Shown here piece by piece: positions 13,229 through 26,818 of a DNA stretch of 59,389 nt (positions are counted from its first letter, which is position 1; every line of letters starts with the position of its first letter). The notes under the pieces were generated by a model that was given only the letters and a program-made list of their open reading frames with translations, searched no databases and was not told the DNA's origin. The stretch comes from Chiloscyllium plagiosum (Eukaryota). The DNA lies in the NCBI RefSeq assembly GCF_004010195.1, contig NC_057719.1, forward strand, positions 92,769,465-92,828,853, given 5' to 3'. A program made the translations under genes and the position numbers.

Positions 13229-14500
13229 AAACTGCCACATAATTTCCCAACTACTATATTCAATGTCATGACAGATGAGGGCCAGTGTGCCAAAAGCATT
13301 CATCGCTGCCCTGTCTATCCACGTCTCTACTTTCCGACACAGTGCACCTGACTTCCACGGTCCCTCTGTTTCACTACATGCCTTAAAGTTCTACCATTCA
13401 ACGTAAAATGTCTACCTTGATTTGACTTTCCAAAATGTACGTCCTCAAACTCCTATACTAAACTCCATTTGTCATTTCCCAGCCCATTTCCCCATCTGAT
13501 CAACGTCCTGCTGCAATTTCTGATCACCTTCCTCACTCTTGGTAATAACTCCTAATTTAATGTTAGCTGCAAACTGGCTAATTGTGACTTGTACCCTGTC
13601 ATCCAAATCATTGATATAGAAAATAAACAAAAATGGTTACAGCATCGACCTTTGAGACACTCCACAAGGGACAAGCCTTCGGTCTGACAAGCATCCATTT
13701 ACTTTTACCATCTACTTCCAACCAACAAGCCAACTGTTTATCCAGTTTGCCAGGTCCCCCTGGATTCCATGTGATCTTAACATACAAAGCATTGAACAAT
13801 GTGGAACCTTGTCAAAGGCCTTACTGTATTCATGTAGAAAATGTCTACCGCTCTGCCGTCATCAACTATCCTGGTCACTTCATCAGAGAACTCTAACAAA
13901 TTTTATGAGGCATAATCTCCCGCAAAAAGCCATGCTGACTATTTCTTACTTTCGAAGTAAATCCTGACTTTCGAAATGCAGCATAGCTTATTTTTCAGAA
14001 TCTTCTACAATAACTTGCCCACCTCAGATGCTAGGTTTACTAGTCTGTAGTTCCCAGCTTTTTCTTTTCAGACCTTCTTGAATATGGGCACAATATTGTC
14101 TAACACTCCAGTCTTCTGGGACCTCACCCATGGCTAACGATGTTGCAATGGTATCAGCCAAAGCCCCCGATTGATTTCTCCCGATACGTGCAGTGTTCCA
14201 GGATGTGTCTGGTGAGAACAAGCGGATTAATCCGCCTTCAGATATTCTAATACATTCTCTACTGTGATATTGATCGTCGTGAAGATCACCACCATCCTCC
14301 CCAAGTTCCCAAGTTTTCATATATTCCTCCAGAGAGAACATAGAGGAGAAATATTCATTAAGGATCTCATGCATGTTCTTCCATTTTACACTGACATACC
14401 AACTTTCGTCCTTGAAGGTTCCTATTCTCTCTCGTTACTCTTCTTCCTCTCATATACTGAAAGACTCTGTTTTGACTCACACGCCGTCTCGTTTCCTTCT
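13229..14500 (-). mobile_element. CR1 LINE RT region (5' part of the element split at 7557)
   Basis: EILNEYFSSMF and GEVPEDW motifs, plus ggaaccttgtcaaaggcc (KAFDKVP) on the minus strand. Confidence 0.8.
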
Positions 14501-14703
14501 TAAGTAAATCCCTTAGGTAATTTCGTAGGGCAATGTCAACAGAACCGGGACAGGAAGGAAGTTGACTGTTGGGATGGGTTCCACCGGAATTGGACTTCAA
14601 CCAGCACCTAAGAAGAAAGAATTAAACAGTCTGGACTCGAAGACTGGAAATTAGATGAAGGGAGTAGGGCTCAGGCAAAGTTTTTAAAGTTGGTAGAACA
14701 AGT

Positions 14704-15005
14704 GGCGGCATGGTGGCACAATGGTTCATACTGTTGCGTCACAGCGTCAGAGACCCGGCTTCAATTCCCGCCTCAGGCAACTGTCTGTGTAGACTTTGCA
14801 CATTCTCCTCGTGTCTGTGTGGGTTTCCTTCCACGGTCCAAAAATGTGCAGGTTAGGAATTGCCCATGCTAAGTTGCCCTTAGTATTAGTTGAAGGGGTA
14901 AATGTAGGGGAATGGGTCTGGGTGGGTTGCTTTTCGGAGGGTCGGTGTGGACTTATTGGGCTGAAGGGCCTGTTTCCACACTGTAAGTAATCTAATCTAA
15001 TCTAA
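14704..15005 (+). mobile_element. HE1-type (V-domain) tRNA-derived SINE
   Basis: A box tggcacaatgg and B box gcttcaattcc, V-domain ctgtgtagactttgcacattctcc, CR1-like tail gggctgaagggcctgtttccacactgt and (TAATC)n. Confidence 0.9.
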
Positions 15006-15059
15006 GTAAAAGTCAGAGAGAGAGTATGGAGCAAATCAGTAATCTAACTTCTCGCACTA

Positions 15060-17970
15060 GATATAGGGGACAAGAATAAGATGGGAGACAGTCAACACAA
15101 GATTGACTGTGGTGCGCCTAAAATGCATGGAGCACAGGGAACAAGGTAAATGAGTTGAAAATGAGTGAAGCTCAAACTGAACTTGAATGGTAAAATGTTT
15201 TTGGGTATCACAGAGACTTGGCTGCAGAAGCATCAGAGCCAAGGAATTAAATGTCCAAGAATGCATCGCCTCTTGAACAGGCAGAGCGGGCAGGGATACC
15301 TTATTAATAAAGAGGTGAATTACATCAATAGCAAGAAGTCACACATAGTCAGAAGATGTAGAATCCAGGTGGGCAGGTTGAGGAACCACAAAATGAAAAA
15401 AAGAGGAATTGGTGGGAAGGTGTATGCAGGGCTCCTACCAATAGTCATAACATGAGACAGAAAATATATCAGGAGAAAGAAAGCCATTTGGAAAGGCACT
15501 ATTACAATAATCACGGAGCATTTACTATACAGGTGGGCTGGGAAAATCAGGTTGGTAGCGAATCCCAGGAAAAGGAATTTGTGGAATGCATGCGATTTTT
15601 TGGGACCAGTTTGTGCGTGAATTATTTTGGAAAACACAATTCTGGAGTTGTGACGTGTAATGAGGCAAACATGATACGGGGCCTCAGCGTGCAGGAGCCC
15701 CTTGAGGGCAATGACCACATTACGGTCGATGTCACCCTGCAGTTTGACAGGAATCAGATCGAATTGCACCATTGGCTAAACGTGGTGACAAAGACATGAC
15801 AGAGGAGCTGGTCAGAGTTGAATGGAAGGAGAGACGAGCAACGAAAGTGCTGGAGTAGCAATGGCTGGCGTTTCTGAGGGCAATTTGGCGAACAGAGCAG
15901 AATTCATCCCAAGGAATAAAACAGATACTGAGTGGCGAGTGAGCGAACTTCGTATTTGGATAATGTAACATCGCGTTGTGGGCGGGAGGGAGAGAGAAGA
16001 TGGGAACTATAGGCTGGTTCAGTTGACCACGAGCAAAGGTTAGATTTTGAGTCCATGAAAAAGAAGGAAATGTGGCTCACGTACAGCTAGCAGTATATGG
16101 GGAATACAGTAGTTTACTGAAGGAGGGTTCAGGAGAAGTAAAAGGAGGCACGAGATAGCCTTGGCTGCGCAGATTTGGGAGAATCCAAACAGGTTATTTA
16201 CGTATATTAAAGGAAAAATAATAACTAGTGAGCGAATAGGGCTCCTCAAGGATCAAAGTGGCCATGTATGTGTCGAACAGCAGATAGGCAAGAGTCCCAA
16301 TTAACATTTTTCCTCTTTGATTACCATGAAGAAAGACATGAAGATGTGGGAACTTGAACAAGTGAGTGATGAGGTCTCAGAAGACTGCAGAGTAGCGAAT
16401 GCTGTGTCACTATTCAAGAAGGACTGCAAAGAAAAGCCTGGGAACTAGACACCAGTATGTTTAGCAGCTGTGGTGGCTAAGTTAATTGGGAAAATTCTGA
16501 GGCATACGATATGCATGCATTTGGAAGGACAGGGCTTTATTAGGAGTGCTCAGGGTGGTTTTATGAGTGGGAGAGATGAGCAGGGATAAGGGGGTCAGTT
16601 AACATAAGATTGACTGTGTTGCATATGAAATGAATGCAACACACGGAACAAGGTAAATGAGCTTGAAGCTCAGATTGAACTTGAATGGTAAAATGTCTTG
16701 GGTATTACAGAGACGTGGCTGCAGGAGCATCAGAACTGGAGCAGTTACAAGTTTGTTCAAAGTCTTTGATGAAGTGACCAGGAAGGCTGACGAGGGCAGC
16801 GCAGTAGACGTAGTCTGTATGGGTTTTAGTAAGGCCCTTGATGCGGTTCTATGTGACAGGCTGTTTTGGCAGTTTAGGTTGCATGGAATCCAGTGGGAGC
16901 TGTCAAATCTGATACAAAGTTGGCTTGACGGTAAGAGGCATAGTGAAATAATGGAAGGATGCTTGTCAGACTGGAGGTCTGTGACTCAAGGGTCGGTGCT
17001 TGGTCCATTATTATTTTTTTATCTACATCAATTATTTGGATGCGAATGTAGAAGGCATGAATGGAAGTTTGCTTATGACGTTAAAATAGGTGGAATCATG
17101 GAGAGTAAACGCGTTTATCAGCACTTGCAGCAGAACCTTGATCAGCAGGGACATAGTGCCAAGAAATGACAAATGGAGTTTAATATAGATGAGTGTACGA
17201 TCTCGCATTTTTAGAAGTCCTATCAAGGAGTTTAATGCTGAAAGTTAGCGCTGTAAGGATTTTGAATTGGAGGGATCTTGGATTTCAGGTTCGCTAAAAA
17301 TGGAGTCATAGGTAAATAAGGCAGTGGAGACGTTTTTTGGCACACTAGCCTTCATCTAGCAGAGCACTGAGTATAGAAGTTGGGAAGTCATTTTGCATTT
17401 GTTCAGGGTGTTGGTGAGGCCGCACTTAGACACTGTGTTCCGTTGTGGTCACCTTGTTAAATGAAGGATGTTATTAAACTGGAGCAGTGCAGAAGGCATG
17501 TAGAAGGATGTTGCCTGCATTCAATTGTTTAATTTATGAAAAGAGTTTGGACAACCTCGAACTCTTTTCTGCAGAGTGCAGTGGAATGATGACTCTCAGA
17601 TAGAAGTGCATACGTTCATGAGTGGCGTGGATGCGTTGAATGCATTTAAAGTGTTCCCCAGGATTTCAGAATCGAAAATAAGATGACCTCGGTTTAAGGA
17701 TAGAGGGGAAAGAGTAAAAGGGAACCTGATGGGCAACAGTGTTACAAATAGGTTCCTGCACCAAGTGAAACAGCTGCCCGTGGAAGTTGTTGATGCAGGT
17801 ACATTAACAACATTGAAAAGGAATTTGGACAATTACATCGTTCAGAAGGTTTTGAAAGGACATGGGCCACGTGCAGACAAATGGGGTTCGGGTTGACGGA
17901 CATTTTGGTCAGAATTGACCATTTAGAGCCAAAGGCCTTATGCCGATCATGTGGGATTCTATGATACTTC
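15060..17970 (+). mobile_element. Mosaic of decayed CR1 ORF2 segments (APE then RT and tail)
   Basis: GITETWLQ (APE), AVDVVCMGFSKALD and QGSVLGPLL (RT), 3' tail near 17930-17975. Probably at least two subfamilies. Confidence 0.8.
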
Positions 17971-17979
17971 TACTCTATT

Positions 17980-18580
17980 TAGGATGGGATTGCGGAGGTT
18001 TTGGAAGTGCATGGTAAATTATAGCTAAGTCAGGATGGCTTCGTCAAATAAATCTCATGTCTGATCATTCTCTTCGAATTCTTTGAAGAGGTATAAAACA
18101 AGTTAGATTAAGGGAGCCAGTGGATATGATCATTTTCGATTTGCTGAAAGCATTTGTTCAGTTACCACACAGGAGGCCACTGTGCAAGATAATATCTCAT
18201 GCTGTCAGAGGCAAGAGATTGACATGCACAGAATATTGGCTAACTGGCAAGAGGCCGGGTTTAGGGATGAAGGGGCATTTATCAGGATGGTAGAAGTGAG
18301 GAACAGAGATCCGCAGGTGTCAATATTGGGACCATCTCCTCTCCTCATAAGACAAAACCTCCAACCAGGCTGCATTCAGGTAAATTTGCACCCTTTCTAA
18401 AGCATCTATATCCTTCCTATAATGAGGCAACTAGAATTGTACACAACATTCCAAGTGTCATCTAAGTAGTGTTTTATCATGATCCCCTGTTCATGAATGC
18501 CAAAACAGCACGGGCCTTCTTAAAAATAGAAACCGAGCAATTTGGGTGGCAAGCTCGAGGGGTCTATGTACATGAAGTCC
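17980..18580. mobile_element. Two short CR1 fragments in opposite orientation
   Basis: Plus-strand RT fragment (gaattctttgaagagg, aaagcatttg) to ~18340, then a minus-strand C-terminal fragment. Confidence 0.6.
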
Positions 18581-19269
18581 CTTTTGTAACAAATTAAGTG
18601 GCTTTATTGTTCTTTGGGGAAGGGGAAATAGTGTATTCTCTTGAAGACAATGGAGATAAAAGTGACAATAGGCAAAGCTTACTCGACTGATGTAGTTAAA
18701 TGATGCAGATCGCTACAGATTGCTGGTGTACAAAACAATGATTTTCTGACTCAAAGCCAAGCGTTTATTACATCCATTCTGCTTTCAATGTAAGCAGTTA
18801 GCTATTCTGCAAACATCAGACTTCATAAAATATTGTTACTAAATGAAACTGTTTAAAAATATATCAGGTTTTATTTTATGCTTTATGTTCAAGTTTAATC
18901 ATGTGTCTTGTTGTTTTCTTTATTAATGGACTCAAGCATTTTCAGAACAAAGGATATCAAGCGAACTGGCATATGTTTGCTGCTTCCTCTCTCCCTCCTT
19001 TCTTTAAAAAGGCAATGACTTGACCATTTTCCCAATCATCTGCAACCCTCCTTGAATACGCTGAGCTCCAGAATATTTCAATCAGGGCCCTCCCTTTCTG
19101 TGCAGCCGCTTCACTTCAAAGCGATGGATACAGGCCATAAAATCTCAATGATGCATTATGGCTTCATTCCTATTATTTTGTTCAAAACGTCCCTTGTAAA
19201 AAAGACTGTTGCAAGGTATTTCCTCCAAAAACAGTACCGTACTTACGTGCCTTTGGAATCTATATCTAT

Positions 19270-20930
19270 ATAGCCGGACCTGCTGTGCTTTTCCAGCACC
19301 ACAATCTCGACTCTGATCTCCAGCATCTGCAGAGTTTCCTTTCTGCGAGGTTCCAGAAGATAAATCAGAGTTAATGTTTCAGGGTGATCTTTTCTCAGAA
19401 CTGACAGTAGTGAGGAAAAGTTTGATTAAATTGCAGAAGATACAGTGGTGAGGAGAGGTAAGCAGTCATCAATAGGTGTATATAGACACCAAAGAGAAAG
19501 AAAGCAGAACAGTTGGACAGATAACATTATGGATAACCAAATGGCTGAGAGTGTGAATATGTGTTAACGGATACTGTTGATGGCTAGCAATAGGTAGTTT
19601 CCATTGCAGGCTATGTGATAACATGGCCGTCTATGTGGATTTGAGAATTAGGACTTGGGAGTGTTCAGGCCCAAACATTATTGAACGCTACATTGGATCT
19701 GGTGTGCTGCAGATTCCTGAAGCATAAATGAAGTTTGTTTTTCTTCCAACTTTCATTGAACTTTGCTGGAACACTGCAGCAGAGATGTTGGCCATAGAAC
19801 AGGGTGGTGTGTTAAAATGTTAGGCAGTTGGAAGCCTGTGGTCCTTTTTGTGGGCAGAACTTCGACGTCAACCCAGTCAACATTTTGTTTCCCCAGTGTA
19901 GTGGCCATCACATTGTGAGCAGCGAATTCAGTAGACGAGATTATGTGAAGTGAAGTTAAAACACTGCTTTACCTGGAAGACATGTTTTGACCCTTAGATA
20001 ATGGGGAAAGACACAGTACCCCTCTGGTGGTTACAGGGAAAGATGACTTTGGGCTGTAGGCTATGTTGGGAGTCAAGAAAAAAATGTACCAGGGTGTCAC
20101 AGATGGAGCAACTCCTGCGAAATGCGAACAATGGAGGGGAGGGGAACATGTCTCTGGTGTTGGCATCTCGCTAGAGATGGCAGAAATGGCACCTGATGAT
20201 CTACTGAATTTAGATGCAGGTGGGTTGGTTGGCAAGGACAAGGAGAACCCTATTGCATTTGTGGGAGGAAAGAGAGGGTTTGAGGTTGGATGTGCAGAAG
20301 ATGGATCGGACCCAGTTCAGGGTCAACAATGGTGCTACTGAGTCCTCAGTTAAGGAAGAAGATGGACATTTCAGGGACTCCCTTCTTGAAGTTGGGCTCA
20401 TTGGAACATATGGTGTGGAACTAAAGGAACTGGCAGAATACAATGGTTTCTTTACAGACAGTAGGTTGCGAGGATGACGTGTCCAAAGATAACTGTGAAG
20501 TCGTTGAGCTTTTTTTCTGTATATTAGTGACCACGCTATCCCCAGAAATGGAAACAGAATTGACGAAGAAGAGAAGTGGAGATTCGCAGATAGACCTGGT
20601 GAAAATGTGTGCCGGGTGTAAATTGGAAGCAAAATACATGAACCTTTGCAATTCCGGACGAGACCGGTAGGCAGCATCGATGATACCATCGATATATTGG
20701 AGAAAGAGTTGAGGGTATGGAATAGAATAGGACTGGAACAAGTAATGTTCCACTTAATCCACGAAGAGTCAAACATAACTGGGCCCATATTGGTACCCAT
20801 GGCCAATACTCTGACCTGAAGAAAATGGGTGGATTTAAAAGAGAATTTGTTCAGAGTGAGGACAAGCTTGGCCATGCGCAGGAGGGCAATGGTAGGAGGG
20901 GAGGGTTCACACCTTTGATTCAGGAAGAAG
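19270..20930 (-). mobile_element. Decayed Penelope-like element (RT, GIY-YIG, pLTR) with an adjacent pLTR tail fragment
   Basis: Minus-strand ORFs LVLTLNKFSFKSTHFLQVRVLAMGTNMGP and PQLFLQYIDGII (PLE RT motifs B and C). Decayed hammerhead at ~19365-19403. Confidence 0.8.
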
Positions 20931-21609
20931 GGGAGAGCGCTGCGACCAACCTAGACTTGACTGATAACACCTTATCCCAAATAACAGTACGTAGCTCCTT
21001 CCTAATGCTGATGTAATTCGTCCCCAATTAAGTACCTCCCCCCACCCCCCAGCGTCTTCATTACTAGCTATCTTAAAACTTAATGAGCTGTGATCATTCT
21101 TCCTATTTTCACCTCCCCAGTCCCATCCCCTAAAGGTCCCAAACTTAGTTGAGCCATTCTCTCTCTGTTTCTTTCAATACACTGAGAAATTTCTGCAGTT
21201 TGTTGTTGTATTCCATGCCATTTTCCTTTATTGTCAGTTTTCTTCCTCATGATTGGCTCTTCATTCAACCATTGCTGGGTCCTAAAGTGAAGATTCAATT
21301 CTTCTGGTCCACAAGTATTTTCTTTGCAATTCCTGTTTTAGTTTTTGATTCGATCCTTTCATTGACTGCCATTTTTAACTACAGGATCATCTTCTTATCA
21401 AGTATTTCATTTTCAGAAGAATAAATATTTCCTAAGTATTTTGAAATATTGGTTAAAGTGTCTGACATCGTTCATACACTGAACAACCTCTTAGCTGTAT
21501 TCAACTTTCCCTTTCATCAACAAGTTAGTCAAAGCTACTGAGGTGCCTGATTCTGTACATTGCTTCAAAGCGATACTTCATCATATGATCAGCTGACGCA
21601 GACGATCAA

Positions 21610-22400
21610 TGGAGAGACACAGATCCAATTTCAAAGGCAAAACATGGCAGGACTTATACACTTAATGGTTAGGTCCTGCAGTGTGTACACACTGCTGAAC
21701 ACAATAACCTTGGAGTGCAGGTCCATAGTTAGAAGTAGACTTACAATTGGACAGGATATTGAGGAAGGCTTTTGGCAAGCTTGCCGTTATTGCTCAGTGC
21801 ATTAAGTATCGGAGTTAGAAGGTCAGATTGCAGCTATAGTAGACATTGGTTAGACCAGTTTTGGAATACTGTACCCAGTTCTGCTCTCTCTGCCTCAAGA
21901 AGGATGATGTGAAACTTGATAGGGTTCAGAAAAAAAATTACAAATACGTTGCAGGGTTGGATTGTTTGGACTATCAGGAGGGTCTGAATATACTTGGGAT
22001 TGTTCTCACTAGAGTGACGGATGCTGAAGAGTGATTTTCTGAAAACTTACAAAATCAGGAAGGCATATATCGGAGTGGTGAATAGTTGTGTTCTTATTGC
22101 TGAGGGCAGTAGGGCCCAAAACTAGACTGCATAGTTTAAAGTGAGAGGGTAACAATTTAAAAGAGACCTAAGTGGCAACGTTTCTATGGTTGGCACATAC
22201 ATGGAAAGAGCTGCCAGAACACGTGGAGAAGGCTGGTATAATCACAACATGTAGAAGGCATTTGGATGGGTATATGAATAGAAAGGGCTTGGAGGGCTTT
22301 GACCCAAATGCTGACAGAATGTACGAGACTAACTTAGGATGTTTCATTGGCATCGAAATGTTGGACTGAAGAGTCTGTTTCCATGCTCTGTGATTCTCTG
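21610..22400 (+). mobile_element. CR1 LINE 3' fragment
   Basis: LVRPVLEYCTQF, WKELPEHVEKAG...RHLDGYMNRKGLEG and the CR1 tail. Confidence 0.85.
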
Positions 22401-22933
22401 ACATGAGGCAAAGCTGCTGAAGCACACTGTCCCTCATGGAGTAGTTCGGGTACGTGTATTTTAGCACAAGCAGTCACACGTCATTCTTTCAGCACCTTGC
22501 AACAATGGCATCACTGTACAGAGCCCACAATTATAGTTCGGGAGAAATCCAGAGAGAAGCAATTTCACAATAAACACAGAATAAGTTCCGAAAAGAAATG
22601 TCATAGAGGGTTCAGAGGACTAAGAAAAGTAAAATGGGCGCATTAACTCAGTGGAAGCACGTGCAGATAACTGAGTTCTTGGTGGCGAGTGTATGGGGCA
22701 TGGTAGGTAAGCGGGTATGGTGTGTGGGGTGAACGCACAATGTAGGTCATTGAGTTCAGGGTGGTGGGTGAATGGGACTAAATAGGTCAGTGATGACAGG
22801 GATGATGGGGAAATGGGACAGCGCTGTCCAGTGAGTACAGGGATGAAGGGTGAGTGGAATAATGTAGGTCAGTGAATATAGGGATGATGGATGAATGGGG
22901 CTGTATAAACCAGTGAGCACAGGGTGATGGGTG

Positions 22934-23298
22934 TGAGAATTCAAATTTTGAATCCTGGCTGTTGTTAGAAGCAATAAATATATAAAAATAAGAATAATTT
23001 CCCAGGAAATTTAATTGGATTAGCCTGCTGTCAATCATGTCACCTTATTACAGTTAATTTGTATTTTCTTGTAATTAAGACTGTACTATATTTTTAAAAA
23101 GACGTATAAAAACGCTTATGGTTCAATTGTAATTGTGCAGTTTCGCCACAGAACACAGAAACTGTTAACCTCAGTGTTGCTGGACAAAACTGCATCAGGC
23201 TGCCTTTCCATAATAAACTGATAACCTTGCGAAATACAGACCGCAGTCTTTTGATTGATCTTGAGGCCGAGAGGTCCCGCCTGGGATCTAGATCTTCA
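22934..23298 (+). mobile_element. Solo LTR (ERV-like), 365 bp
   Basis: TGAGAA...TCTTCA termini, perfect 4-bp TSD GGTG, TATAAAA at ~23106 and AATAAA at ~23212. Confidence 0.85.
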
Positions 23299-24423
23299 GG
23301 TGAGCAGGGTTGTGTTGGCCAGTTACTATAGAGGTGAACGGTTAATGTGACAGTGCAATTCTGTGAGCGCAGGGGTGATGAATGAACGGGACAGTGAAGG
23401 TCAGTGAGTACAGTGGTGATGGGTGGAAGGCACAATGTAGGTGAGTGAGTAAAGGTTGATGTGTGAATGGGACAGTGAAGTTCAATGAGCAAAGACGTAA
23501 TGGGTGACCGGGACAATATAGGTCAGTGAGTATAAGGGTGATGAGTGAATTGGACATTGCAATCATTTAGTACAGCGGTGGTGGATGGAAGGCACAATGC
23601 AGGTGAGTGATTAGATGGGTGTATGGGGCAGTGTTGGTCAGTGAGTGCAGGCGTGGTGTGTTAATGGGACAGTATGTGACAGTGAGTGCAAGGGTTTTAG
23701 GTGAATGGGACAGTGTAGTTCACTGAGTACAGGGGTGTTGGGGGAATGGGACAGTGTCGGTCAGAGAGTACAGGGCTATGGATGAATGGGAGAGTGCATA
23801 TTGGTGATCGCAGGGGCATTAGTTGAATGGAACAGTGCAGGTTACTGAACACAGGTGTTAAGGAGGAATGGGATAACGTGCATCAGTGAGAACATGAGTA
23901 TGAATGATTGGAACAGGGGATGTTCAGTGAGTTCAGGCATGACAGGTAAATGGAACAATGTTGGAGGTATGCAACAGTGTTGGTCAGTGAGTACATGGCT
24001 GATGGGTGAGCAGGTTAGTGAGTAGAACAGTAATGGATGAACAGAACAGTTTAGATCAGTGTGTACTCAGATGATGCATGAACGGGACAGTGTATGTCAG
24101 TGAGCGCAGAGGAATTAGCTGGTTGGGACAGTTTTGCCGACTGAATGCAAGGGTTATGGGGGAATAGGACAGAGTTGCTGAATGAGAACGTTGGTATGTG
24201 TGTATGGAAAAGGGAAGGTCAGTGATTTCAGTGGTGATGAGTAAACAGGACAGTATAGATAAGTAAGTACAGCGGAAATGGGTGAACGAGAGAATATTGG
24301 TCAGTGAGTGTAGAGGTCATGAATGAATGACGCAGTGTCGATCAGTGACTGTTGGGATGTTGAATGAATGGGAACACACATGTTTGCGAGTACAGGGGTG
24401 ACTGGTCTAAAGAAGAGTATAAG

Positions 24424-25194
24424 TGTTATAATACAGAGGGGCACACCCTGCTAGTTAAAACCTTGCATTCAGAAAATCTCACCTTGCCTCATAAGCATGT
24501 GAAAACATGAGTGACAGAGAACTGCCAAATTCCACGATTAAAAGAACAAAATCATTTTAACCCTAAAAGGAATCATTAAACAACTATTCACAATACAAGG
24601 TCCTTCTTACTCTTCACTGATTATTACCTGCCTCCAACTCTATAACAATATGGTGTTCCAATCAGACGCTTATTGAAATTACATCAATTTAATTTCAAAA
24701 CCACCCAGCCACTTTCAGCTTCGGCGACTTCGCTCTTTTGGCTACCAATTCCCTTGGATCACCTTCATTCATTCTTTTTACTGCGAGTATGTTTCATATG
24801 AAAAAAAAACCTTTGATATGGAGTGTTTCCTAATTTCTTGGAACTATCTTGATGAGAGTTGCACTCTCTCCAAATTTCAAAATGCTAGCACTTTTATACT
24901 CCCAGCGTCGGATCATCTCATTGATTCCATGTTGGAAAAACAATACACTCAAATTTTGTTGGATTTTGGTGGCTTGGGGCATAGTTTAAACTATTCGTTA
25001 ATTTCGAAAAGTTGTCAGGAATGTAACCAAAACACAGGTACTCAATTCACAGCCAAATGTTGCCTATTTTCAATTTTCCAATCCACTCTGGGTCTGCCAT
25101 CTAGTCATATACAAAGGTGCTTGTAGTCTTTCAGTTCAGAACAGCATTCTCTTTCTCTCTTAAAGATGCAGTAAACGCCTTCAAATTCATAACA
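24424..25194 (-). mobile_element. Solo LTR (Gypsy-like), 771 bp
   Basis: TGTTAT...ATAACA inverted termini, TSD TAAG/TAGG, and a clean interruption of the minisatellite. Orientation is tentative. Confidence 0.8.
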
Positions 25195-26197
25195 TAGGTC
25201 AGTGAGTGTATGCTTGATGTGGGAACAGTACAGTGTGTGTCAGTGAGTAAGAGGTGATAGTTGAAAAAGACAATGTACTTCAGTGTGCATGGGGTGATTT
25301 TTGAAAAGCACTATGTCGGTCAATGTGCACAGGGGTGATGGGTAAACAGCACAATGCAGATCAGTGAGTCGAGTGGTGATGGGTGAATGTACAGTGTAAG
25401 TCCGCGAGTCCATGAGAGTTGAATGAGACAGTGTTGGTAATTGAGTAAAGGGGTAATCTGGGAACAGGACAGTGTAGGTCAGTTAGTATAGTGCAGGTGA
25501 CTGAGTATAGGGAGATGAGTGAACAGGACAGTGTAGGTCAATGAGTGCAGATGTGATAGTTGAATGAGGCAGTGTTGGTCATTGAGTACAAGAGTGATGT
25601 GGGAATGGGACAGTTTTGTTCAGATAGTACCGGGTGATGGTTGAACGTTATAGTGCAGGTCAGTGAGTAAAAGGGAGATGAATGAACGGGACAGTGTAGA
25701 TCTGTGAGTATAGGTGCAACAAGTGAATGGGACTGTGTAGGTCAGTGCGTAAATGGGTGATGGTGAATGGGACAGTACATGTCTGTGAGTGCAGGGGTGA
25801 TGGGTAAACAGGATAGTGTTCGTCAGTGATTTCTGTGGATGTAGTCAACAACACACTGTAGATCAGGCTGGCTGAGTTCGAGTTCTGGTTGATTCAAGTG
25901 AGGGAAAATGGTTTACAGATTGAAAATTGATGCTGAGAACACCATGAGATGAGCCAAAACCGTATTTACTACTTGAGTATTGTTAATGGTCATATATGCT
26001 TGTGCTCCTGAGTCTTATGCTGCCATGTTACATTCAACACTTCGCAAAAGCTGCACACGAACAGCTCTAGGCTTCCTCAATGATTAGTTTTGTTCAGAAA
26101 ATGTGCCTGGAAAATCCTGACTGGATCAGGAAGTTCCCCCTCATGTATCCTGACATGTTTCCTCAAACTCTGTTACTTCCCAACAACAGAACATAAC

Positions 26198-26818
26198 AGT
26201 AATGACACTATGGTTTTACGAGGCGCAAATTGTCCCTTTGTATGAAGAGAGATTTTTTTTTAAGGTAGAGGTGAAGATCAGTCTACCAGAGCCACTAGAG
26301 AAAGCTGTTTGTTTTAGCTTTGATTTTTTTAAAGTTAGACCAATAGATGAAACATGAATGGGTATAATCGAGCTCTCACAGAACCAGGAATTTTAGTTTT
26401 AACTTGCAGTTGCTGTTGGTGTCTTGAAGAAGTGAAATTTATTCTTTTCCCCCTTTCACTTACAGCTAAAAGCTGGAGCTTCTCTGTCTGGTACGCGTGT
26501 TGCATGCAGGACAATTTGTTTTCTGAGTTTGACTTTTGACGAAGGTATCTTTATGAGATATTGCCGTCTTGGAAACATTTAATTAGTAATAGTTATTGTA
26601 TTTATTATTCTGTTAAGTTTTCCAACAGCGTTAAATTATTCTAATTCTGGCTTTCTCTTGTTGCATTTAAACTATAGTTTTTAAAATCATGTGTACTTTG
26701 CTATAATTCTGGTAGTTTGACCAATCGAATTGCACCTGGAAGCAACACCTTACATTTAACTTTTTAGTGTCTACACTATCTTCGGAATATATGAATGTGG
26801 TTTGCTTCGTTCATAACA
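26198..26818 (+). mobile_element. Solo LTR (Gypsy-like), ~620 bp
   Basis: (a)GTAATG...CATAACA termini and TSD TAAC/TAAG. It splits the CR1 tail agaacata|agaaatagg. Shares the tttgacca.t.g.at motif with the LTR at 33044. Confidence 0.7.

Larger units (their letters stand above)
22660..25860. repeat. Degenerate ~41-bp G-rich minisatellite array, split by two solo LTRs
   Basis: Consensus ~GGTCAGTGAGTACAGGGGTGATGGGTGAATGGGACAGTGTA, with units starting at about 23399, 23440, 23480 and 23521. Blocks at 22660-22933, 23299-24423 and 25195-25860. Confidence 0.9.

Noticed and set aside
22660..25860. Regularly spaced repeats as a CRISPR-like array or His/Pro-rich CDS
   Set aside because: The units are contiguous degenerate tandem repeats with no unique spacers, frequent stops and a eukaryotic context.
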